Shown here: piece after piece, positions 44,731 through 52,963 of the stretch | How positions within the stretch are numbered: the first letter of the stretch is position 1 | Layout of the letters: each line of letters begins with the position of its first letter | Source: a virus | Length of the DNA stretch: 64,000 nt | Direction: 5' to 3' (one strand) | Virus record (IMG/VR): IMGVR_UViG_3300031418_000005 | Coordinates: 64,001-128,000 of that record | Notes under the pieces: model-generated | Seen by the model: the letters and a program-made list of their open reading frames with translations, nothing else | Told to the model about the DNA's origin: nothing | Database searches by the model: none | Translations under genes and position numbers: made by a program

Positions 44731-45103
44731 ACCTGAAAACCAGTGAGTGACGTAAGTCACTAATTTAAAAAGGAATTTTTAAATAATCCCGGCCTTAGGG
44801 GCCGGATAGGCAGTAAGTCAGGAAAAGCACTCGAAGGTAATTCGCAGAGATGCGAATTACAAATCGATCCACTCTCCCCTTCCCCTCCAACGCGAAGCGT
44901 ACATGATATTTTGATCGTCGCGGCGGTCGGCTCGCCGGGTCGGGGATGTCGCTCAGACGTCCTGTACGGCACGACAAGGCCATAAATGGGGGTAAGACAC
45001 CCAAACGTACCGGGTCAAGATAAATGCCCTCAGAGAGCTTTTTAGACCCCTTATCGCCGCTGGTTAAAAAGTGTACAAAGTCTGTTCAAAAAGTGAGCAG
45101 GGC

Positions 45104-45134
45104 AAAAAAATAAACGGGTACCCGAAGGTACCCG
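45104..45134 (-). terminator. Intrinsic terminator
   Basis: CGGGTACC-TTCG-GGTACCCG followed by a T-tract. Confidence 0.8.
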
Positions 45135-45139
45135 ATTGG

Positions 45140-45688
45140 TTAAAATTTGTACAGCAGATTGCCTAATTTGAAACCTGCTTGTTCGAGACCGGCGATGTCG
45201 TCATCGGTAAAATTACCCATCATGAACAGTACCGGCGACAGCCCCGGTGTTAAACTATTGCGGTGACGGATAACCTCTTCGCCAGCGCTACCGATAAACT
45301 GCATGATTACGTCGTCTGTAACGCTCTCTGGGATGTCGATAGCTACCCCGATATACGTTACCCCTGCTACTTCCTCTGGACGTCCTACAGACGCGCACAG
45401 GAGGTATTTGTCCAAGGGAACTTCTTTACTCAACGTTTCGCGAAGTCCCAACCCGGTTTCTTCATTGAGGTGATGTTTCACGTAGACGTAATGGCGGTCT
45501 TCTACCGGTGCCACCACGAAGATGAAGTAGGGCTTGTCGTCTTTGTACCAGACAACATACTGGTTGTCGGTACGATCGGTACGCACCAAGTCACGCAGCT
45601 GACTTGCGATGTCTTCCTGCCAGTTTTCCGCCATCGCAATGTTTGGCGTGGAAGTCAGGGTGAAAATGTCTTTGTGCAATTGAAACAT
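45140..45688 (-). CDS. Hypothetical protein
   Basis: 182 aa with an AAGGA SD. Confidence 0.6.
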   Translation of the reverse strand: MFQLHKDIFTLTSTPNIAMAENWQEDIASQLRDLVRTDRTDNQYVVWYKDDKPYFIFVVAPVEDRHYVYVKHHLNEETGLGLRETLSKEVPLDKYLLCASVGRPEEVAGVTYIGVAIDIPESVTDDVIMQFIGSAGEEVIRHRNSLTPGLSPVLFMMGNFTDDDIAGLEQAGFKLGNLLYKF

Positions 45689-45760
45689 GAAATTATCCTT
45701 CAGGCAGTTTACGATTTTAAAAAGAAATTGCGCACCCTCCGAAGAGAGTGCGCCGGACAG

Positions 45761-46270
45761 TTAGCACTTGACGGTTAACCCATCAAGTCCCAGGTGTACA
45801 GGTTTTACCCATAGACCCGGTTCGCCGAAGATATTCAGGTCGTGCGTTGGGTAGTGCATGATCTTTGCCGGAACATGCACGCCCATCTTCGCCATGAAAT
45901 CCCAGACGGCTACGTAGCGTTCACGCGTGATGAACATCATCCCCGCGTCAAAGCCTGAACCAATGTCCAAGAAATTGCCGATGCCGCTATCAAAGCTTGA
46001 TACACCGTCTTGCGTTAATGCCACCAACCCTTTCGCTAAATCTGCGTGGTTATCGATAAAGTCACACAGATCCACGATTGTGAAATGACCGTAAATACGA
46101 CGGAGCACGGCGGCAACTGCCAATATCTCGCTGGTATTTCCGTAGTCACCTAAAGGGTTGTGGGTCATCATCGCAGTAAGTATGCTCTGGTCGCAGAGAG
46201 CCATCAGTCGTGCATCTTGGCACGCTACCTGCAGGCTGCTACCAGAGAGCATGGTTGGCGCAGTAAACAT
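45761..46270 (-). CDS. Hypothetical protein
   Basis: Start MFTAPTML with an AAGGAG SD. Confidence 0.6.
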   Translation of the reverse strand: MFTAPTMLSGSSLQVACQDARLMALCDQSILTAMMTHNPLGDYGNTSEILAVAAVLRRIYGHFTIVDLCDFIDNHADLAKGLVALTQDGVSSFDSGIGNFLDIGSGFDAGMMFITRERYVAVWDFMAKMGVHVPAKIMHYPTHDLNIFGEPGLWVKPVHLGLDGLTVKC

Positions 46271-46280
46271 GGGGTGCTCC

Positions 46281-47414
46281 TTAAGTTTCCATTGACTGTG
46301 GTGCGGTTTCAGCGTAACACAGCCCAAGTCGTTGCAGACTATAGCCCGTCGCCCCAAATATTTGGGTAGCAACGCTTTCTACGAAAGCCGTGGGGTCTAT
46401 TGCATCTACTGCGAACTCAGACACGAAACGCCAGGTTTCAGTCTTCCCTTTATTTTCGAACTGAGCCGCATACATACCGCGGGATACACCAGGTTCGAAT
46501 TTAAAGAGAGTCTCACCGGACTCCCGCTCCACACCATAAATTACCCCGTCCTTTTGCACGATATCCGCACGGCCGCAACGCGTTACAGTCAAGAGCGCTG
46601 GATTGCTTCCGCCGGGTAAAGGCTTAAAGGGTGTGGGGCCATCGTATGACGCAGGGTAAGAGTCGCCCAGATTATCCAGGGCATAGCTTCGAAAGATTAT
46701 CGAAGACTTATAGTTGCACAGTCGAGTCCCTTCGGTAAACATTGTGTATTCGATCTTAACCTCAGTGCCGATAAGATCATCCGGTCGCACGTTATGGTGT
46801 TTTAGTTGCGACTGAATTCGACGTGAGATCATTGTTGCCAGGAAGGTGTGGCCTGTGGGTGTGCGAACCACATAGCCGTACTCTGTACAGTCAATGATTT
46901 TCCCGGTGGTGTTACGTACCGGTTCAAGTCGGTAATATTCGCCGTTTGCCTCAATGATAAATTGGGACACGGCGTTATTGCGGGATTTCTGTTTGATGAT
47001 ATCAAACACAGCCCCAGCTTTAACCAGAATTGGTTCCACCACGTTAACCTGAAATGGCAAAGGCTTTTGCGGATATTGTCCCATTGTGGTAACGGTGACG
47101 GAACTTAGTTCTGGATCAGATTCACTGGGGTCAGTAGACAGCCAGTGCGTTAGCCAACGTGATAAGGTCTGCGGTATAACGCGGGTCGTGTAAAACAGTA
47201 CCTCGTTTTCGATACCCGCGTCTAAGAGCGTCTTTGCCAGGAATGAGTTTACGGCATCATAATTGCCGTTACGAAGAATAGGCAGTCCACCGATTCGGGT
47301 GAGTTCGCAAATCACCCCGTGTGGCAGAACCCACATCTTCACATCCTGGTCTTGTGAGATTGCTTCGGTACGTAGCGCACGGTGCCACGTCGTTTTACGT
47401 TCATATTTCTTCAT
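46281..47414 (-). CDS. Hypothetical early protein, possibly a degenerate ATP-dependent DNA ligase fold
   Basis: Start MKKYERK with an AAGGAG SD. An OB-domain-like segment DDLIGTEVKIEY is present, but there is no KxDG. Confidence 0.5.
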   Translation of the reverse strand: MKKYERKTTWHRALRTEAISQDQDVKMWVLPHGVICELTRIGGLPILRNGNYDAVNSFLAKTLLDAGIENEVLFYTTRVIPQTLSRWLTHWLSTDPSESDPELSSVTVTTMGQYPQKPLPFQVNVVEPILVKAGAVFDIIKQKSRNNAVSQFIIEANGEYYRLEPVRNTTGKIIDCTEYGYVVRTPTGHTFLATMISRRIQSQLKHHNVRPDDLIGTEVKIEYTMFTEGTRLCNYKSSIIFRSYALDNLGDSYPASYDGPTPFKPLPGGSNPALLTVTRCGRADIVQKDGVIYGVERESGETLFKFEPGVSRGMYAAQFENKGKTETWRFVSEFAVDAIDPTAFVESVATQIFGATGYSLQRLGLCYAETAPQSMET

Positions 47415-47450
47415 GGGAAAAATCTCCTTTAGGTATACTACTATCAAAAG

Positions 47451-47462
47451 GATAATATCTAT
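47451..47462 (-). promoter_or_regulatory. Putative early promoter motif ATAGATATTATC
   Basis: Exact copy of the recurrent 12-mer. Confidence 0.65.
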
Positions 47463-47488
47463 CCGTAATTTTTTAGAGGTTCATTGCC

Positions 47489-48865
47489 ATGTCCGATCTA
47501 GTTTATGATTTTACATCAGGCGTTTATACCAGTCCTGAGGTAAAAGTAGCCCGTGAAAGACACGGCCGTGACCCGTTCTTTGACGATGGTTCTTTCGCCA
47601 CGGGACTGTATTACGACTACGGGTTTGGAGGCTACGTCCCGATGGGGATGGTGGTTGCCACCGAAGCTCTTAAGAATGACCGTTTGCGTAAAGCGTTCGA
47701 TACCGCGTTTAAGAACGTGGTGATTGACCGTAAGCTGGCGCAACGTATTCGCATGTACGTCGCCTCGGTAATGGGACGTGATGGTAACGTCGAATGGAAA
47801 GGGTCAAACCTGCTGGGTGTTCACCAGATTCGTTTTTACGACTCTGACCGTAATCGCCTGTTCGATGAAGTGTTGAAAGTCGATGAAGACTACCTGGCTG
47901 AGCTCATCAAAGAAGCCGAGGCAATCAACACTGACTGGAACGTCGCCGGGGACACGTTTAACCTCTGCATCGTCTATCTGCTGCACCTGATGATGAAGAA
48001 GTTCACCGACAAAGAGATTCACGCCGCTGCTGTTGATTTGGTTGTGGTGCTCCAGTTTAAGTTCTACTCGAGTATTTACTACCACTTCTTCCCGAAACCG
48101 GTGGACATGAATGCCGCCGAAGCGACGTACTCGATGCTGTCGTTGAAGTTTGATATTCGTCGTTTGGGTAACTGGGGCCTGCACATGCAAGAACGTGCGG
48201 AATATTTCTGCTCGCCGGAATACCCGAACTACGATGCGGTCAAACGCTTCGACACACCTGATCTGGTGTTGCGCTTCATCACCGACCTGAACACCCGTAC
48301 CAAGCAAACCGTGAAGGACTATTACGCGGTGCTCGACCGGGTACGTCGTGAGAACAGCCGTATGGTGGTGCAGTCATCGCGTATCGAGTTGGATGGCGAG
48401 TCCATCATTCGTGACAAAGTGGGGGCGCTGGATATCGCCAAGCAAAACCTGTTTGACGCGTCCTACGACATCAACAACCTCTACAAAGAGGAGTTGGCAC
48501 GAGTGGTGTTGGAGATGGTGCCCAAGGCGTCACCTGCTGCGTTAAAGACACTGCTGATTTACATTGCTGGATTGCCGCTTGGTAAGAAACGCGATGAAGT
48601 CAACAGCATCATGGAAGACACCTTGTCACACGCTTTCGATGAGGTGGTCAGCAGTCGGTTGAACTTTAATGATGCCGGAACAATTCTCCTGCGGATGCGT
48701 TCACTTTACCAGGCTTCGAAATCCCCGAACCCGTACGTATTATCGTTACGTACCCGGATTGAGAAACTGGCCGCCCGTGAAACCCACATCCGTCACGAGT
48801 CTGCGTTGGCAGCTTTGCGTAATGCCCTGCTGTTGTACTTCCTGATTCGCTCACTGCAAAAATAA
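47489..48865 (+). CDS. Conserved virion/head protein (phiKZ gp32-like)
   Basis: 458 aa with an SNLLGVH motif and a candidate AxE maturation site (VVATE). Adjacent to the terminase. Confidence 0.55.
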   Translation: MSDLVYDFTSGVYTSPEVKVARERHGRDPFFDDGSFATGLYYDYGFGGYVPMGMVVATEALKNDRLRKAFDTAFKNVVIDRKLAQRIRMYVASVMGRDGNVEWKGSNLLGVHQIRFYDSDRNRLFDEVLKVDEDYLAELIKEAEAINTDWNVAGDTFNLCIVYLLHLMMKKFTDKEIHAAAVDLVVVLQFKFYSSIYYHFFPKPVDMNAAEATYSMLSLKFDIRRLGNWGLHMQERAEYFCSPEYPNYDAVKRFDTPDLVLRFITDLNTRTKQTVKDYYAVLDRVRRENSRMVVQSSRIELDGESIIRDKVGALDIAKQNLFDASYDINNLYKEELARVVLEMVPKASPAALKTLLIYIAGLPLGKKRDEVNSIMEDTLSHAFDEVVSSRLNFNDAGTILLRMRSLYQASKSPNPYVLSLRTRIEKLAARETHIRHESALAALRNALLLYFLIRSLQK

Positions 48866-48929
48866 AATAAAAAGCCACTACCCCATGAAACGGGTAGTGG
48901 CTAACTCGAATTAATTTTTTGAGTTGTGA

Positions 48930-49169
48930 TCAATGGACTCCGGAGACTGCTAACGCATGGAGTGTAAACACCACATGCGCCGCGTAGGTTGTGCCCGTGC
49001 CGACGACAAGTAAACCTAATACACCAGTGAACTGTGCTGCGCGAACCGTGCGTACACACGCCCCGTTACGCCGCCCGTATATGTTCACTACGGTGCAGGT
49101 ATGTCTTACCATCAAGAACAGACAAACCCACATAAGGGCTACTACGATATAGTAAGTAAGAGTCATCAC
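48930..49169 (-). CDS. Small two-TM membrane protein
   Basis: 79 aa with two hydrophobic helices. The start overlaps the terminase stop. Confidence 0.5.
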   Translation of the reverse strand: MMTLTYYIVVALMWVCLFLMVRHTCTVVNIYGRRNGACVRTVRAAQFTGVLGLLVVGTGTTYAAHVVFTLHALAVSGVH

Positions 49170-51274
49170 TTCATCCTCTGACGTTGGATAAGCTCTTTTA
49201 AGCTTTCCATCGACGCGACATTCCGCGTATCAGTGTTGAGTTGGGCAATGAGAGATTGCAACCGATTTCGACTCCGCATTTGGGCAACTGGGTCTGTGAG
49301 ACCGTTGGCCTCCCGCATCGCCGCCTCGATTTCCCCCATCAGTTTTTGTTGCTTTTCTTCCTCCTCGACCTGTTCCTCTTCATCGATGTTCTCATTGTTC
49401 TCTAGCAGGTTGCGGTTACGCATCATCAGGCGACTGTTGCTTATGCCGTAATGGCCTAAGTTGTTGCCGAAGAGAAGTAGCCACATTGCCAGTAACCATG
49501 AAACAACCAAGTCATCGTGACCGGACGCTTTGTGGTCAATACGACCATTACGTTCAACCAGACTAAGGATTTGGTCGATTAGTTCCCCCGACCGCAATGT
49601 ATCCGCGGTGAGGCGTAACGCCATGGTGAAGACTTCACCGTACAACTTACGGCGTTTATCCTGGTCGGTTGAGAAACCGATGTATTTACGGAATTTGTCC
49701 CAGAACCGTTCTGCACTCCCCACCGGACCACGGTGGAACTCTTTATAGAGCTCATGAGTACGAGCATAGTCCTGGGTCACTTTCACATACAAGCGACGGT
49801 GTAAGTCGGGTACTCGCGTCTGCAGCTGAAGGATGATTGCGTCTGCTACGGAGGAACCGGTTGACCGTCGTTCCAGAATCAGGACAGTGTTCGGATACCG
49901 CACCATAAAGTCTGCCAAGTGAATAGCAAACCCGATGACGTTGGTTTCGTTCACTGTAAGTTTACCAGCATATTCCCCGTTGCTGGAGTTCACGATAGAC
50001 ATGGCTATCGCATCTCGACCAACCGCTTCTGAGGTATCCAATCCGATGATGTGGCGATCGTGTAACTTGGTGATCATTTCTTCTTCGGTGTAATACCAGT
50101 CTGTTACGTAATTCGACGGCGAGATGTCCTTGTAAACCGCACGCATTCTCGAGGCGTTCATGCGACGCGCGTCATCGCCCGAGAACGGCTTGTTAAAGCC
50201 ACCGGTTGTCCATTCCCCACCGAAGTCACGGCGGATTTGGTCTGGGGTACCTGGGGCGTTGGCGATCATGTCTGCCAGCTCCTCATCGGTGGTGCCCAGT
50301 TGACGGTGGTTGTATTTCACGTAGAACATGATACGTGGAATCTTCGCGGTAGACCCTTTGCGGATAATGTCTATCAGCTGGGTACGCGATGGGATGTCAA
50401 TGTAACGTTCATCCCACATAATTCCGGATGTCATCAGTTCGTACATGTACGCACCTTCCTCCGTGGCCAGGTCGCCTGGCGTTGTGGCGAAGACGTTACC
50501 GTAAGGCACACCTTCGGCTTCGTTGATACGGCGTGCAGCCGTTCCCGATGCCAGAGCCGCAGGAAGAATGTGGTGGATGTTTTTGGTGAAGGGGCCTTCA
50601 TCGCCGAACAGTCGACCGGCTGTCAGTCCACGGCCCACACCGTTTGCTGATTCTGCATCGTTCTGGCCGATGCCGGTAATCAACTTGTTACCCTGTGCCA
50701 GACAGGCGAATGTCTCGCGGTTGTCGGGGTCATCTGGGTGATGTGGCCAGAGGTAGTCCGGTAATCCGTTGCGCAACTGTTTCATCTTGTTGATGGTTTC
50801 TTCACGCAGGGCAGGGCCTTTGGTCACGAGAATCGTACGGGAGTTTTCCAGGAAGCGCATCAGCCATAACAGCAGCGCAGACATCCCCACCGTCTTACCG
50901 TGCTGACGAAGGAACTCGACAGCCGCATCGATGTTGTTAAAGAAAATCCAGTACATCGAGAAGTTACCGCGGTCGATACGAAAAGGTAAACCGTTTTTCA
51001 TACCATCCGCAGGTACGCGCACACATTCACGAAAGAAGTACCACGGGTTCTCAGCGCACTCAGTAATGATTGCAGCCTTCTGCTCCAACGTCAGGTCTGG
51101 AGAGAACGGGTCGACACCCAGCAAATCTGGATTGTGCAGCGCGAGGTGGACGTAATAATGCTTGACGCCCAATTGTTTTAGCAAACTCGCAAATTTCATA
51201 AAGCTCTTATTGGGTGTGGTGTCATCCGGCAACGAGCCCGGATAGTACCCCCAATCAGATTCACGCAGTATCAT
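49166..51274 (-). CDS. terL: Terminase large subunit
   Basis: ENPWYFFRE, Walker A RQHGKT, Walker B LFGDE, ATT coupling motif, and nuclease motifs GLDTS and HDDLV. Confidence 0.92.
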   Translation of the reverse strand: MILRESDWGYYPGSLPDDTTPNKSFMKFASLLKQLGVKHYYVHLALHNPDLLGVDPFSPDLTLEQKAAIITECAENPWYFFRECVRVPADGMKNGLPFRIDRGNFSMYWIFFNNIDAAVEFLRQHGKTVGMSALLLWLMRFLENSRTILVTKGPALREETINKMKQLRNGLPDYLWPHHPDDPDNRETFACLAQGNKLITGIGQNDAESANGVGRGLTAGRLFGDEGPFTKNIHHILPAALASGTAARRINEAEGVPYGNVFATTPGDLATEEGAYMYELMTSGIMWDERYIDIPSRTQLIDIIRKGSTAKIPRIMFYVKYNHRQLGTTDEELADMIANAPGTPDQIRRDFGGEWTTGGFNKPFSGDDARRMNASRMRAVYKDISPSNYVTDWYYTEEEMITKLHDRHIIGLDTSEAVGRDAIAMSIVNSSNGEYAGKLTVNETNVIGFAIHLADFMVRYPNTVLILERRSTGSSVADAIILQLQTRVPDLHRRLYVKVTQDYARTHELYKEFHRGPVGSAERFWDKFRKYIGFSTDQDKRRKLYGEVFTMALRLTADTLRSGELIDQILSLVERNGRIDHKASGHDDLVVSWLLAMWLLLFGNNLGHYGISNSRLMMRNRNLLENNENIDEEEQVEEEEKQQKLMGEIEAAMREANGLTDPVAQMRSRNRLQSLIAQLNTDTRNVASMESLKELIQRQRMK

Positions 51275-51317
51275 ACAATCTCCTCACCTCCTCCCCCGAA
51301 GGAGAGGAGGAGTGGTT

Positions 51318-52961
51318 TTACTCGATGTGGTGCGCCAGCATTGGCGTGGCCGCAAGATTAAGCGTATCGGTCGGTGTGCGACGTAACCAACGGATAACCA
51401 GTTGTGCATCCAACGGCACACGGTAGTCGATGACTTTCTTCGTCATCCACTCATCGACGGCGTAGGTATAGACCTGGCCCCCAACGTGGATTTCGAAGTG
51501 GGTCGGTTCGAGCGGCCCGGTTTCGTTGCGACGATCGTACAGTGGATACACCGGCTCATACAGCGCTTTAAGCCATTCGGCTTTCGAGGCTGCATCGACA
51601 CTGACGTCCAGTTCGGAATAGTTGACGTTCGAGTATTTGAATTCGGCCCAGATATTCTCGCCGTATTTCAACCCGTCCGGCAGATACTCCAGCAGGAAGT
51701 TAGTGTTCAGCTCATTACCCGGATTCACCAACGTGATGGAGAAGGACTGCGCCTGAATAAACGCACGGAACTGCGGGTCAACTTTAGAGATGTCGACCTG
51801 TACGTTCAGACGTTGTTTCACACCCATCAGCAGCGGGTCAAAGGTTGTACCACTGGTGTACTGGATATTCGCGCTGGCATCGTACACCTTACCACGGGTC
51901 AGGTTATACAGCAGGAAGTCCAGACGGAAGCCACGGTTTGCATCCAACCAACGTGGCACCACGAACAGTTTCATGGAGTAGGCCCCATCAACTTGTTCGG
52001 TGACTGCCGTGTAGTCTTTGACAATCGTGTCCCCGACCACATCCGTCCCGCCATACGTTTCCCCTTTCGCCAGCTGATAACTCAGCACACACGGCAGGTT
52101 GTTCCCGGCATTCGACGAGATGTAGAAGGTGTCCTGCGAACCGGAGTTACGCAGACCATTGAACTTCACACGCGCCTGGTCAATTGGCAGACGTTTGGTA
52201 CCGTCACTGTACTGGATATCACACCACAGCGGAATAGAGTCCAGCGGCATGTTAATCGGCAGCGTCAGTGTGGTGCCATCGTCGTCAACCAAGAACGGTG
52301 ACACGAGTTTAATCCCGAGTACCGTACGGGCAGGCGTTTCCTGCGCCATGACCAGGTTGGTTTTGATAACACGACCGTGGCAAATCTGCACCACATTACC
52401 GACGTCCGAGTACACGACGAACATGCACTCTTCCCCGTTGCTGACTTCCGCCAGACAACTTCCCGGTAAGGTTTTCTTCACCACTGTTTCTGCCCCTTCC
52501 ACCGAAATGGTCTGGGTCGGCAGATAGGTGTATTTCAGTTTGCCATCTTTGTAGAAGCCAGAGAGAATCTCGGCACTGTCCGACACGTTGGAGCCACGCA
52601 GAATGCGCACCCCGTCAATGTCCGGGCCGTCCCAGGAGATGTCGGCATCAATCACCATGGTCGCAGGCAGTTTAGAACTGTCCACGTACACACGGTATTT
52701 GTCAGAGCGCAGCGGATAGTGACCGTTCAGTCGCCCATCCTGATTCGCTACCCCTACACCACCGAACGGTTCAACTTCCCAGCTCGGTACGGCGTAGTTC
52801 GTGCTGACCACACGGTCGAAACCACTGGTCAGTTCGTTGATGATAAGGTCGCGCGGGTTGGGGACATACCCAGTAGGTCGCCCCGCCTCGTACAGTTCCG
52901 ACGGGTCCCAGACTTCGAACCCGCGATCCTTGTCGATTAGTTTGGTCGCAATCTTGGCCAT
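51318..52961 (-). CDS. Virion structural protein (phiKZ gp26-like)
   Basis: 547-aa beta-rich protein, syntenic between the terminase and tail sheath. Confidence 0.6.
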   Translation of the reverse strand: MAKIATKLIDKDRGFEVWDPSELYEAGRPTGYVPNPRDLIINELTSGFDRVVSTNYAVPSWEVEPFGGVGVANQDGRLNGHYPLRSDKYRVYVDSSKLPATMVIDADISWDGPDIDGVRILRGSNVSDSAEILSGFYKDGKLKYTYLPTQTISVEGAETVVKKTLPGSCLAEVSNGEECMFVVYSDVGNVVQICHGRVIKTNLVMAQETPARTVLGIKLVSPFLVDDDGTTLTLPINMPLDSIPLWCDIQYSDGTKRLPIDQARVKFNGLRNSGSQDTFYISSNAGNNLPCVLSYQLAKGETYGGTDVVGDTIVKDYTAVTEQVDGAYSMKLFVVPRWLDANRGFRLDFLLYNLTRGKVYDASANIQYTSGTTFDPLLMGVKQRLNVQVDISKVDPQFRAFIQAQSFSITLVNPGNELNTNFLLEYLPDGLKYGENIWAEFKYSNVNYSELDVSVDAASKAEWLKALYEPVYPLYDRRNETGPLEPTHFEIHVGGQVYTYAVDEWMTKKVIDYRVPLDAQLVIRWLRRTPTDTLNLAATPMLAHHIE

Positions 52962-52963
52962 GA

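Noticed and set aside
43869-45004. Short ORFs in the non-coding/origin region
   Set aside because: No SDs, atypical composition and mutual overlap. Better explained by structured RNA or an origin.
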